The translations under genes and the position numbers were made by a program. From Lama glama (Eukaryota), in assembly GCA_028534125.1 (NCBI GenBank), contig CM052817.1, positions 25,112,001-25,176,000 on the forward strand: a stretch of DNA of 64,000 nt. The letters are read 5' to 3'. Positions 48,855-60,995 of this stretch are shown in pieces (the first letter of the stretch is position 1; each line of letters starts with the position of its first letter). Below the pieces are notes generated by a model, which saw only the letters and a list, made by a program, of their open reading frames with translations, was not told the DNA's origin and did not search any database.

Positions 48855-51750
48855 TATTAGTATTGACAAGTGCATACAGGCAGTAACCACCACAATTGAG
48901 ACACAGAACATTTCCATCATTCCACAAAATATTCCTTCATTCCCATTTGTAATCATCCCCTCTCCTTACCCCACCCAGCAACCGTTGGTCTGTTTTTTGT
49001 CCTTATGTCATTTTGCCTTTGTCAGATCATCACAAGTCTTAGTTCATTCAGTGTTGCTATAACAAATAAATCAGGTAGCTTAAAAAGAACATAAATTTGT
49101 TTCCTCACAGTTCAAAAGGCTGGAAAGTCCAAGATTAAGGCACCAGCAGATTCAGTGTCTGGCAAGAGACCATTTCTTGGTTCATAGATGGCTGGCACCT
49201 TGCTGTGTCCTCACTTAGTGGAAGGGATAGGGAGCTCTCTGAGATCTCTTTTATAGAGGCACTAATCTCACTCATGAGCACTCCACCCTCATGGTCTAAT
49301 CACTTCTCAAAAGGCCCAGCTCCAAATACCATCACATTGGAGGTTGGGTTTAACATATGAATCTGGGGGACACAAACATTCAGTCCATGGCATCATATAA
49401 TGGAAAGTGCAGGGTGTGGCTTTTTGAATCTGGCTTGAGTCATGTATCATAATACATTTGATATTTATCCATGTTGTTGCATGTATCAGGAGTTGGTCTC
49501 TTTTTATTGGTGAGTGGTTCTCCATTGTACAGCTGTAATTTGTTTAACCGGGTAATAGCCATTTGGGCCATTTCAAGTTTTTGACTATGAAAAATAAAGC
49601 TGCTGTGACTATTCACATACTTATGCTTTCTTTTCTCTGGGATAAAGATCTAAGAGTGAAATTCCTGAGTCACATGGCAAGTATACAGTAAGTAAATTGA
49701 TTAGAAACTGCCAAACTCTTTTTTGAAGTGCTGTACATTTTGCATGCCTGCCAGTGATGTATGAGAGCCCTGCTTGCTCTGTGTCCTCACCAGCACTTGA
49801 CATTGAGTTATTTTATTTTTCCCATTCTAAGATGTGTGTATCTCATTATAGTTTTAATTTTTATTTCCCTCACTACTAATGATGTTGAACATCTTTTCAT
49901 GTGCTCATTTGCCATTCGTAGATCCTTTTGATAGTGTTGGTTCAAATCATTTGTCCACTTTCTAAAATTGGGTTTTTGTTTTCTTATTATAGAGTTTTGA
50001 GAATTTTTTTATGTGTTCTGGGTATAAATCCTTTATTTCTTTTTCTTGCCTAACTTCACTGGCTAGAATGCTCATGTAGAATGTTGAATAGAAGTAGTAA
50101 GAGTGGACATCCTTGTTTTTTTTCCTAATCTTAAGGAGAACACGTTTGATATTTCATCATTCTGTATGGTGTCAGCTGTAGGTTTTTCATAGCTGCTCTT
50201 TGTCAAGTTGAGGAGGTTTCTGGTTTCTGGGAATTTTTGCCAGGAATGGGTGTCAGAGTTGATAAAGTGTTTTTCCTGAGTCTATTGAGATGCTTGCATG
50301 GTTTTCCTTTCTTTTTTTTAGTATGGTGAGTTTCAAATGTTAAACCCATCATGCCTTCCTAGGCTAACCTCCGCTCAGTTATGAGGTTTTTATATTGCTG
50401 GAATTGACTTACTAAAGTCTGTGTAGAATTTTTGTATCTCTCTTTGTGAGGGATCTTAGTCTGTAGTTGTCTCTTCTTAAAATATATTTGTCTGGTTTTG
50501 GTGTCAGGGTAATGCTGGCCCTTATAGAATGAGTTTGGAAGTATTTCCTTTTCTTCAATTTTCTGCAAGAGCCTGTGTAGAATTGGCATTTTTCTTCCTT
50601 AAATGTTTGGTAGGATTCCAGTGAAGCCATACTGACCTGGAGTTTCCTTTGTGGGAAGGCTCTTAAACTAAAAATTCAGTTTCATTAATAGGGATAGGGC
50701 TTTTGAGGTTATATTTGGTGAGTGTTGGTAATTTGTGCTTTTAAAGGAACTTGTCCGTTTTATCTAAGCTATCAAATTTATTGGCACAGAGCTTTTCGTA
50801 ATTTCTCTTATACTACATTTACTGTCTGCTGTAGCTCTAGTGATACAACTTCTGCTGTTCCTGATGTTGGTCATTTGTGTCTTGTCTCTTTTTCCTGATC
50901 AGTCCAGCTAGATGCTTGTTAATTTCATTGATTTTTACAAAGAATCAGTTTTTGGTTTCATTGGTTTCTGATCTTATCTTTATCATTTCCTTCCTTCTGC
51001 TTACTTTGGGTTTAATTTGTTATTCTTTTTATAGTTTATTAAGGTGAACACTTAGATAATTGATTTCTATCTTTTAATTTCTAATATAAGCACTTAATCT
51101 TATAAATTTCCCTCTACTCTCTGCTTTGGTTGCATCCTACAAATTTTTATCAGCTTTATTTTTATTTTCATTCAACTCAAAATAGTTTTTAATGTCCCTT
51201 GTGAATTCCTCTCTGAGTTATTTAGAAGTATGTTTTAAAATTCCCAAATATTTGGGAATTTTCCTGACATATTTCTAATGTTGATTTCTAATTTAATTCC
51301 ATTGTGGTCTTAGAAACCCTTTGTATGATTTCAATTGAAAAACTTTGTTGAAATGTGTTTTATGGCCAAGTACATTGTTTACCTTTACCTTGATGAAGGC
51401 TCCATGTGTACTTCAAAGGAATGTATATTCTGACATTTTGGAGTCTTCTACAGATGTCAGTTGGGTCAAGTTGGTTGATAGTGTTATTCAGGTCTTCTCT
51501 AGCCGTACTGATTTTCTGTCTGCTTATTCTATTGATTACTGGGAGATGAGTGTTGGAATCTTCAACTATAATTGAAGATCTGTCTTTTTGTCCTTTCTGT
51601 TCTATTATTTGTTCCACGTCTTTTGAAGTTCTGTTGTCAGATGCATACACATTTAGGATTGTTATGTCTCCCTGGTAAACTGATCCCCTTTATGATTCTG
51701 TAATGCCTCTCTTTACCCTTGATAACATTCCTTGTTCTAAAGTCTGTTTT
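48855..51750 (-). mobile_element. Old L1M (3' UTR plus ORF2), interrupted by MLT1A, with an internal deletion near 50036
   Basis: Minus-strand ORFs 50359-50630 (..PILHRLLQKIEEKEILPNSFY../..ASITLTPKPDK..) and 51360-51650 (..SSIIVEDSNTHLPVINRISRQKISTAREDLNNTINQLDPTDI..) are L1 ORF2 RT-proximal and endonuclease remnants. Confidence 0.92.
49035..49392 (-). mobile_element. ERVL-MaLR solo LTR, MLT1A/MLT1A0-like, nested in L1
   Basis: 'gtcttagttcattcagtgttgctataacaaa...ctggaaagtccaagattaaggcaccagcagattcagtgtctgg...gggggacacaaacattcagtccatggca'; 5-bp TSD tcaca/tcata. Confidence 0.92.
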
Positions 51751-52494
51751 TCACACAGTTTTTACAACCAGAAAAGCACTGAGATCCAGGTGTAGTCGGT
51801 ACCAACAGCAACCCTTAAAACTCTTTCTCTAGGCTCCTGTTTTCACGATGTGGCCTTCCCAAGCATTGTCTGGGCACGCTAAGCCCCCTGAGGAAGATGA
51901 AATAAAAAGCAGCAGGCTGAATGTTGATTTTTTGCCTCTTAAGAGCTAAATGCAGAGATATTTGAGTAATGCTCTGGCTATAGCCCTGGGACACTTTGAG
52001 TGAGAGATGGCGACGTGGATACTGGCAGGACAGTAAGCAGTAGTTGGACATGCAGCACCCATGTGCCCTGCAGTTCCCCAAATGAGGCTAATATCACAGT
52101 CAGCCTCAGATGCTTGAGAAGAGGCAGGAGACTGTGGAGTTTCCATTCTTAGCCTAGGGAAAGTGGCAGGCAGCCCTTAGGGATTTGAGAGGGCTGTGGA
52201 TTTAGTGGATATGGGGATTTAGGTGTTTGGAGAGTGAGATTGGCAGGGGAGGATTTGAACATCCAGTCACTAGGGAAGGAAGAACAAGCTGAATCAATCT
52301 TCTGCATTATTTAGGCCCCCTTTCTCTTAATAGTATTAGTTTTAAATCCCTATTACCATGTCTGGAACGTAAGTGCTCATTAAGAATTTGTTGAATGAAT
52401 AAATGCCTAAACTTGAGAATAAAAGTCTATCTTATCTATACCTATGTCTTATAGTATCTCAATACCATGACCATGTCCTTTTCTTTGATGGTTA

Positions 52495-53165
52495 TGTGTG
52501 AGTCAGCTGTTGTTATGATAATAGTGTATAACAAACAACTCTAAAACCCTTAGTGATTTATAGCATCAGGATCTTTGAGTCATGGGTCTGTGGGTTGACT
52601 GGGTGGCTCTACTTTAGTCTGGGTTCAAATCTGCTCCCTGAGTCTGTCGCATGAGATTGCTCAGTCAGAGGCATATACTGTTCATGATGGATCCAGAAAA
52701 TTAAGAGGCCAAACCAAGCTATAGAAGCATATTTAAAGCCTCTGCTTGCATCATATCTGATAACATTTTATTGGCCAAAGTAAGTCATAAAGCCCAAAGT
52801 TAGGCAGGGGAGATATATATATATACATACACACTATTATATGTAGTGTTTGTTATACACTATTATCACAACAATAGTTGACTAATACATATCCTTCAAA
52901 GAAAAGGATATGGTCATAGTACTGATATATATACGATGTAGAGGGAGGGTTCTTTTTCTCTTAGGTGTAGGCATTTATTCATCCAACAAACTCTTGATGA
53001 GCACATATTATGTTTCAGACATGGTTACGTACACACACAGATACTTTTACATTGTGTTCACAGCTACTCTGGAAGGCACAGCAAAGCCACATGGCAGAGT
53101 GTGGACATTTAATTCCATTACAGGGAGAGAGTAAAGGGCTACGAACAATAATCTAATCAGCTATA
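52495..53165 (-). mobile_element. ERVL-MaLR LTR, old MLT1K/L-like, interrupted (~52810-53070)
   Basis: 'gagtcagctgttgttatgataatagtgtataacaaacaactctaaaacccttagtg', 'cattttattggccaaagtaagtcataaagccc', resumes 'gcaaagccacatggcagagtgtgg'. Confidence 0.65.
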
Positions 53166-53511
53166 GGTACCTTCAGTACAACTGCCAACACACATAACAC
53201 ACAGGCACTGTTCTAATCACCTTACATGTATGAACACATCAGGTTAACAACACCTTTTATTTGATGGCTTGAAGGATGGATATAAATGTAAAAGTTTAAA
53301 TTGGTTTTTGGTTAGACTTAATGAATTGTAAAGGAAACTGAAAATTACACTTGTGATAACATTACAACAAGTACTTAAATTTTTAAATTCTATGTAAAAA
53401 AAAATCCGTCATGAAAGGAGTCCGAATATTTTGTTATTCTATGAGTTGTCTGAGGATATTTCCAGAATATTTCTAGAAGCTGTATATGCCCTTGTATATG
53501 TATCAATAAAT

Positions 53512-53700
53512 GTCAATTAGTAAATATTTATTGCATTCCTATTGTATACAAGACTTTACTGTGCTTACTGTGGGGGTTCTTGCCCTCAGGGAACTTAAGA
53601 TTTATCCAGGAGGAAAAAGGAATTTCCATGAGGACAGCTAACCATAACTCAAGGCAGTAAGTGCCAAGCAGCAGCCGTGTGGACAACAGAATTCCAAGGA
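53512..53700 (-). mobile_element. L2 LINE tail
   Basis: 'tagtaaatatttattgcattcctattgtatacaag...cttgccctcagggaacttaagattt'. Confidence 0.6.
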
Positions 53701-53970
53701 AAGCCTGGTCTGTGCCTTTGTCCTTCTATAAAAATTCTTAGAGTCCTGTCATTAAAGGGTCCATAATGAGGTGTCATCATCAAGGCCTGGATGCCTCCCA
53801 CACCTGTGGATTTGGCTCATGTCCTGTCTCAAGGTTTCTCTGTTCTGGACATTCAGAAAGAAATGTGAATTGTTGTACATTACATCCCTCCCTAAGACTC
53901 CAAACGCTTCCTAGAGAAACAGGCAGCAAACTGTGTTACACTTCACTGGTTTGGAGAACATATTGGATGT

Positions 53971-54013
53971 CACTGATCCTTCCCTTCCTCTACCCTCCAC
54001 TCTTTATTTCTAG
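53971..54013 (+). other. Strong candidate 3' splice site
   Basis: Branch-like cactgat (53971), ~34-nt pyrimidine-rich tract with no AG, then tag|G at 54013/54014. Confidence 0.35.
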
Positions 54014-55074
54014 GTGTCAAAAAAGAGTACAGTCCAACAAAAAGGAGAAGACGTTTGTTCTAACCATCGACACCAATGCTCACAAAACCATTTTCCACCT
54101 TATACTTCAGTGTCTTGATTTCTTTGTTTGCCCAGGGGTCCTGAGATAGTCTCTGTTCACACATGGGGAATGGAAAGAGAATTTGGAAGTTAATTTCCTT
54201 TCAAAGCCCTACTTTCATTTTGCCAATCCCAAGTCTGAGACAAATGTGGGGACAGAGAGGAATACTGTGATTCCTGACATGTGAGTGCTATGAAAATTTA
54301 TGCTTGATTTCAAGTTTTTCCTCTTGAATACCATAGGGATAAGGGATTTTTTTCCCCCAATTTTGATTTTTCTCTCAGCCAGTTCCTGACTGGTTTTAAG
54401 TATTTTTGTTCAGACACACTATACTTTTCATTTTTTTTTATTGGCCCTTAACTCATATGAAACACTATGTAAAATAAAGGTCAGTTTAAGACATCAAATT
54501 CTTGCAAGTCATAAAACACTTGTGAAGTGGCCCTGGCCTTTTTAATCTATGAAATAAGATACTTGTCCGAACACCTCTCTTACCCTGGAAAGTGGACTAC
54601 ACGCACCAAGGTTTCAACTAACCTCCAGAGTTAAATTTTTGAATTGAAAGTGTTAAAATATGCCCTTGAAAACCAATTAATAATGAGTTTATTTGCATTC
54701 ATGTTTTTCCACAGAGCAATCCCTACTTCCTTTAAATTTTGAGACACAAGAGAAAACATGTGTGCCCACCTCACCTTTGCAGAGTGGCCGTGAAGTGTGT
54801 GGGTTTCATAATCCTCTTAAGCACAAGGCTGCCATCTGTATTGTTCTGTGATTTTATCCACTGGGTTTGCTCCTCTCCCCTCCCTATGCCTGAGAGCCAC
54901 AGTGTGCAGAAGTCCTGAAGAGGAAGTGGTTTTCATGGACCATTGTCTTTTACTGCCCTCTGCACATCTCTGAGGCCTTTCTCTGAGAGGGAAGAAAGGA
55001 AGGAGGAATGAGAAAGGAAAGAAAGGAGGTAGAGTGGGAGGGAAAGACAGAATAAAGGTTTTTTAAAAAATATA

Positions 55075-56212
55075 AAAGTGGGAACATTCACATGAACAAT
55101 AAAAACTGGTTAATTTTACTTCATCAAAAGTAAAAAATTTTCTCAGTAAAAGATATGGCAAACATGGAAAAACAGGGCACAAATTGGGAGAAAATGTTTG
55201 CAAACGCCTATCTGACTAAAGACCTAAATGTCAAGCCTAAAGCTGTAAAACTCTAAAAGAGAACATGGGAGAAAATCTTTGACCTTGGATTAGGGCATGA
55301 CTTCTTAGATACTATAGAAAAGCACAATTCATAAAAATTCGTAAGTTGAGCTTCACTAAAATAATTTGTTTTAAAATATTGTTAAAAGATGAGCCACAAA
55401 CTGGGAAAACTATTTATTAATTGCATATTGATAAGGGAGCTGTATCCAGAACAAATAAAAAGCTCCTGTAACTGAGTAATAAGAAATCAACCCCTCCAAA
55501 AACAAGTGAAAGATTCAGACAAACTTCTCACTAAAGAAGAGATACAGACGCAAATAAGTCTATGAAAATACACTCAATGTCATTAATCATTAAAGAAATG
55601 TAAATTAAAACCGTAAGATACCACTACATACCTATCAGAATGGCTTTAAAATTTTTTTAAAAAAATGAACAGACAAACAAAAGAACTTAGCAATACAAGT
55701 GTTGGTGAGGCTTGGAATGGTGCAGCCACTTTGGGAAACAGTTTGGCTATTTTTATAAAGCTAAACATACACTTACTGTGTAACCCAGAGATCCCACTTC
55801 TAAGTATTTATGAAATGTGTATGAGATGAAGACATATGTCCACACCAAACCCTGTCTGAGAATATCTATAGCAACTTTCTTCATAATAGCTCAAAATTAA
55901 CAACCACCCAGTGTCTATCAGCTCATGAATAGATATACAAATTGTGCTCCATCCTAATTTTAAAATTTGATGCTAAGTTAAAAAGAGTTAGATTCAAAAG
56001 GTTACACATGATATGATTCATTTTATATGATAGAACAGATCAGTGTTTGAGAGTGGAGAAAGGACTGATTACAGAGAGACTCAAGGGAACTTGTTTGGCG
56101 TGATGGAAAACTTTGTCTTGATTGTGTTGCATGTTTGTCAAAACTTATAGACTATATATTGAACTTAATTTTTTTGTATATACAGAATATACCTTAATAT
56201 ATCTGATTAAAA
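55075..56212 (+). mobile_element. Old L1 (L1MC/MB-like) ORF2 end plus 3' UTR
   Basis: 'gggagaaaatgtttgcaaac', 'tcattaatcattaaagaaatgtaaattaaaaccgtaagataccactacatacctatcagaatggct', 'caagtgttggtgagg'. Confidence 0.88.
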
Positions 56213-56239
56213 TTATCCACCTTTCCCATAGCATCAGTA

Positions 56240-56765
56240 GATGTATTTAACATTTTTAAAGAGATAAATCAAATTTAGTATAGAAAGTTTAGAAAATACA
56301 TTAATAAATAGGACAAAATTAATCAACTGTAATTACAGCACCTAAAGGTTGTCAGTGTTAACAACTTGATGGACATACTTTTTTTATATAAAGTTTTGTA
56401 GCTCTTAACATCTTTACATGTATCTTCTACACTATCACTTCCCACGGGCACAGAGCATTCTATTGTATGAACGTTCTACAGATTATTTATTATTAGACAC
56501 TTAGGTTATATGTATTAGACACTTAGTATTAGACACTTAGGTTATATGTAATTAGACACTTAGGTTATATGTAATTTGTTACTTTCATAACTAGAGCTAC
56601 AATAAGCATTCTCATATGTATATTTGTGGATAACCGTGATTTATTTCTTTAGCATAAATATCTAGGCATGACAGTGCTGGCTCAAAGGAAAGAAATATTT
56701 TAGGGTTTATGATAGAGTTGTCATCAAATCTCCCTGCAGAGACTTTGCACCGATTTCTATAAGTT
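56240..56765 (-). mobile_element. Old L1ME-like 3' fragment
   Basis: 'agcattctattgtatgaacg..tttatt', 'gacacttaggtt', 'ctttagcataaatatctaggcatgacagtgctggctcaaagg'. Confidence 0.55.
56492..56576. repeat. Tandem repeat of a 22-23 bp unit ATTAGACACTTAGGTTATATGT(A), four copies (one truncated)
   Basis: Units start at 56492, 56514 (14 bp, truncated), 56528 and 56551. Confidence 0.95.
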
Positions 56766-57234
56766 TATTTTAAAATTCTCTTTACTCTATCTCATCCCCA
56801 TTTCACAACCTTCCTCACCTTGCTCCCTCTTAACAGAAAATTTCTAGCTGAGACACAAAGCATAAGAGGACTCATGAACAGCTGCACACAGAGAAAGGGG
56901 ATCGTGTAGAACAGTAATATCCTAGTTTCCAGGCCCCCAACTCACCTGCCTCATGTCTCATGTGTTGGACCTTATCTTTTTTTTTTTAACCAAATAAACT
57001 TTGTTAGTTAATAATTCATTTTTCTCACAGATAACTTTAGTTACCCAACTAAGGAGCCTGAAGTTCAATGGGGAAAAAAAAAATCAACCTCACATTTAAT
57101 TTAGCAAATGTGAGACTTCTGATCAACATTTTGTGCACTGAAAACCTTTGGTAGAGGTTCTGTCCTGATTTTAAGGACATTTAGAGGCTTGAGACTCCAG
57201 GCTTGGTCTCATGGCTCTGGGAAGACCCTCTGAC

Positions 57235-57420
57235 CAGGAGAAAGGGGACCCGGGTTTGGGGGTCATTCCATCGCTGGCCTGGACTGAGCTCCAATCATAT
57301 CAGCTCACATTCCTGGGCCTCCTGTGCTCATGTGTTAAGTCAGTAAGATACAATGATGTCCCTCCTACCTGTCGTTGTGAGGGTAGAGTTAGACGATGCT
57401 TCTGAAAGCACCTTAAAAAG
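57235..57420 (+). mobile_element. MIR SINE
   Basis: 'cctcctacctgtcgttgtgagggtagagttagacgatgcttctgaaagcacctt'. Confidence 0.6.
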
Positions 57421-57769
57421 TAGCAAAAGCAGTTCGAACATGCTATGAATACTTCCTATTTTTCATGGTAATAACATTGGAGAACACTCCTGACAGGACC
57501 AGCCTCAGGTGTCAGGCCTGTTCAACTCCCGGGAGAGGTGAGCAGGGCCCTCTGTCCCTGGCCGGGCCTTGGGTCTTACCTAGGGTGCTGCGGGGCGGTG
57601 TTCTCACGAGGTCCTCTCTGATCAGCCATTCAGAGGGTCATGCATTACCCCTGCAGAGTTTGCTCTTTACCCTGTGCATGTCAAGGAGCTGCTCTGATGA
57701 CCTCTCGGGGAGCTGGAGGGACGGCAAGGTCAGATCTGCATTTTGGAAAGAGCAGGCGCCGGGGAAGAA

Positions 57770-58272
57770 TCGCAGGGATGCCTGTAGACTGCCTACTGGC
57801 TCCCAGTGCTACTCCCCACCCGCCGGGTGCTGCACTGGATCCCAGGCAGCTACGTTTCCCAGGCTCCTGTGTTTGGCTTCCAGACAGATGGGGCCCTTGG
57901 AAGGCACCGGCAGAAGCCTGGCAGGGAGCAAGGAGGGGCGAAGCCAGGGTATTTCCACTCCTTCAGCCTCTGACAGCACCTCCTTTAGAGGTTGCATTTC
58001 TCCACTTCCTCCATGGGAGGAAAGCCCCTCCAGACCTTTCAGCGCCTGCCTTATGCCAGCCCTGGTCACACAGTGCCACCTCTGGGCTCTGGCCACCCCA
58101 CCTCCTCCCCCCAACCAGGAGGGCAGGCGGCTTCCTGCAGATGCCAATCTTTGAGTTTCCTAAAACTTCCTGTTGGCCTCTCAGCTCTTCTTTTGCAAAT
58201 CAATCCCCTGTGTTCGATTCCCATTTTTTTGGAAACACCTACAATGGCTTCTTTAACCCTGGCTGAACCCAG
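57770..58272 (+). mobile_element. ERVL solo LTR, LTR33-like
   Basis: 'gaagccagggtatttcc', 'gccacctctgggctctggccaccccacctcctcc', 'gcggcttcctgcagatgccaatct', 'aatcccctgtgtt..aaacacctacaatggcttct'. Confidence 0.7.
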
Positions 58273-58789
58273 GCGGATGCAGAGAGGAACAGGAGTGAAC
58301 AGCAGTTCAGCTCAACAGGCACTGATTAAAAACCTAGGGAGCAGGCCCCATTTCCTGGGAAGACAATTTCCATGTACTGATGTATGAAGTGCACCACAGG
58401 GCTGTGCATGGGTTTGAAGGGAGGCCCACCGGACGAGGCGATTGTCATTACAGCGGTCCAGACAAGACCCTTGAAGAGCTTGAACAAAGGCAGTGGTGGG
58501 TGATCGGAGAAAGGACTTGATGATCAATCGGATGTGAAAGAGGAAGGAAAAGAGGGGCTGAGAAAGAGCCCCAGCTGGCTGATTCTTGCCTTCCTCGCCT
58601 CTAGGGCATGCACTTCTCTCCATCCTTCAAAATCCAGTTCAACAGCTACCTCCACCATGATTGTTTCTGCTGATGTTCCCCAGTGGAGATGCTCTTTCCT
58701 GCCTCTGTGCTTTCGTAGCACTTTGTCTTGGCACCGTGTCAGCTCCTCTCTCACTTCTCTTATATTCCAATAGATTTCCCGGAAGAAAA

Positions 58790-59010
58790 GCTAGCGCTTA
58801 TAAAGCACTTACTATGCGCCAGAAAAGTATTAACTTATTCATCATTTTGTCCTCATGACAACCCTGTGAGGACTATTACTGTTCTCTGTCTTACAGACGA
58901 GGAAACTGAGGCCTGGGGAGATTTAATGATCTGCACAAGGATACAGAGTGAGCAGCAGAGCCAGGAATCAGTTGTCTTTAGGGTTTATGCCCCTAACCAT
59001 CACATCACAT
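58790..59010 (-). mobile_element. MIR SINE
   Basis: 'cctcatgacaaccctgtgagg...ttacagacgaggaaactgaggcctggggagatttaatgatctgcacaagg'. Confidence 0.88.
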
Positions 59011-59114
59011 AACTCCTCCGGATAATATCTCTAAGTACTATGTTTTGATTGTTTTCCTACAGAAGAACATAAAGGTTCTCAGGAAGTTAGTTTGGGATAT
59101 TAAGAAGCACAAAC

Positions 59115-59470
59115 TCACCCACTCCAGTTTCTTGAACACTCCAGGCCTTTGTACATGCTGTTCCCTTGCCAAGAACACTTTCCCTGTACTTTGCACAGTG
59201 GCCTCTGCTCATTTCTCAGTTCTGGTTTCAGTGCTAAACCAGATCTGAGTGAGATCCTTCAGGCTCGTCTAATAAAGCAGAACCCCTCCCCTACCCTGTT
59301 GTCTTGAGCACTGAACCTGTCCCTTTGCTTCAGAGCACATCGTTCAAGTCATGTTCTTATTGGTTTGTTTACTTGCATTGTCCAAGAAGGCAGAACATAC
59401 ATCTGCTATACTCACCCCTGCTCATTCAGGACCCATCAGGGCACCTAGCACATAGTAGGAACTCAGTACA
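59115..59470 (+). mobile_element. L2 LINE 3' fragment
   Basis: 'ccaggcctttgtacatgctgttcccttgcc', tail 'cagggcacctagcacatagtaggaactcagtaca'. Confidence 0.75.
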
Positions 59471-59552
59471 TGAGGAAGGATGATGCCTTCTCCCCAAAGT
59501 ACATAAAATTTGTCCTCATTCTCATACCACACAATTGTCAAGAATTGATTTC

Positions 59553-59648
59553 GTGGGAAGAGTGGGTACAACTTAGTGATAGAGGACATGCTTAGCATGC
59601 ATGAAGTCCTGGGATCAACCCCTAGCACTCCCATTGAAGAAAAAAAAA
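59553..59648 (+). mobile_element. tRNA-derived SINE, Vic-1-like short form
   Basis: 'gggtacaacttagtgatagaggacatgcttagcatgcatgaagtcctgggatcaacccctagcactccc' plus A tail; approximate TSD aagaattgatttc / aagaattaattc. Confidence 0.85.
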
Positions 59649-59715
59649 GAATTAATTCTGAGTATAAATTGGATGAAGGAGTGATCAGGCAGAAATTAAG
59701 AAATGGGAGTTTTCA

Positions 59716-59834
59716 CGAATATATATATGTATATGCATAACTGGGACATTGTGCTGTACAACAGAAATTGACACATTGTAATTGACTGTGCTTCAATTGA
59801 AAAAAAAATAAAGGAAAAAAAAAAGAAAAAAAAA
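59716..59834 (+). mobile_element. Young, extremely 5'-truncated L1 (~65 bp plus long poly-A)
   Basis: 'catt gtgctgtacaacagaaattgacacattgtaattgactgtgcttcaatt' plus A tail; 15-bp TSD aaatgggagttttca (59701) / aaacgggagttttca (59835). Confidence 0.88.
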
Positions 59835-59863
59835 AAACGGGAGTTTTCAAAAACATCCCAAAT

Positions 59864-60095
59864 AGGGGATTAAGACGTACGAACTATTATGTATAAAATA
59901 AGCTACAAGGCTATATTGTGCAATACAGGGAATATAGCCAACATGTTATAATAACTATAGATGGAGTATAACTTTAAAAAATTATGAATCACTATGTTGT
60001 CCACCTGTGACTTACATAATATTGTATATTAACTATCTCTCAATAAAAAATAAATTTAAAAATTATACATAAAAAATTTTAAAGTAAAAACAAAC
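59864..60095 (+). mobile_element. L1 3' UTR fragment
   Basis: 'tacaaggctatattgtgcaatacagggaatatagccaa...gaatcactatgttgtccacctg..aactatctctcaataaaaaa'; approximate TSD aaaaacatcccaaat / aaaaagatctaaaat. Confidence 0.88.
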
Positions 60096-60995
60096 AAAAA
60101 GATCTAAAATGTCCTAAAGGTAAGAAAAGAATGATATTAACAAGGAATTCTCAACGAGAATAGTTCTGGTGAATCAATCAATGAAATATATAATTTCCCT
60201 TCATTAAAGTGACTAAATCTGCTTGACCTGAATGTGCTTCTGTTTTGCCATCGCTTTCAGATCTGAGAAGAACCCCACCCACATCTCAGTTTGCCTGCGC
60301 TGTGGGTGCTTTTTCAAAAATTTCCTTCACACCCTGACTCAGGCTCTGGGTGAGATGCTGTGGGAAACCGAGATGTCAAAGTACAGGGGTGAATTTCATG
60401 GTTAGTCATGAAGCCTCTTAATTTAACATCTGTCTGATTGCAAGTATACATTTTGCAATTTTGAGATGAATGATATGCTGTTTAACCTGAAAGCTAATTA
60501 TAGCAAGAAAGCTGTATGAGAGCCAATGCTTGTCACTGAGTTAGGAAATCAGCAAACCCAGGCCCTGCCTTGGCTCATGAATTATGACACGTATCTGTAG
60601 ATCAGTTAACCTCCAAAATCACAAGCTACCAACAGCTTTCGAATTTTCAGCTGAAGAACTTCAGTATTTTAAATAATTCTGTTCCTTTGCATCATATATC
60701 CATCCTACTTTAAAAAGTGTCGTCTGGCTAATAATTGTACAAAACCTGAAGTAAGAAAAGAGTTTTTACAAAATTCTTTAACCAGGTGAAGAAAATACTA
60801 ACCAGATATAAGGAATAGCAGTTTGGCATCTCCTGGGATCCTCATTCAATCAGCAAGTATCAGTCAGTAGTGTGATCAGGTCAGAATGTGCGACAGATGA
60901 ATTCATATCCATGTTTCTCCAACCCTTGGAAGCCCATTTTACAGATTAGAAAACTAAGACATAGGGAAGCTGAGAACTTCAGGTCACCTAGCACC

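Noticed and set aside
48499..49062. Five long K/E/R-rich or F/L/S-rich ORFs
   Set aside because: Translations of the (TTTC)/(TTCC) microsatellite
56492..56576. Possible CRISPR-like repeat array
   Set aside because: Head-to-tail units without unique spacers, mammalian context, no cas genes
57465..58387. Longest ORFs in the window (229 and 208 aa)
   Set aside because: They run through a GC-rich LTR33-like element, are open in several frames and show no recognisable domain
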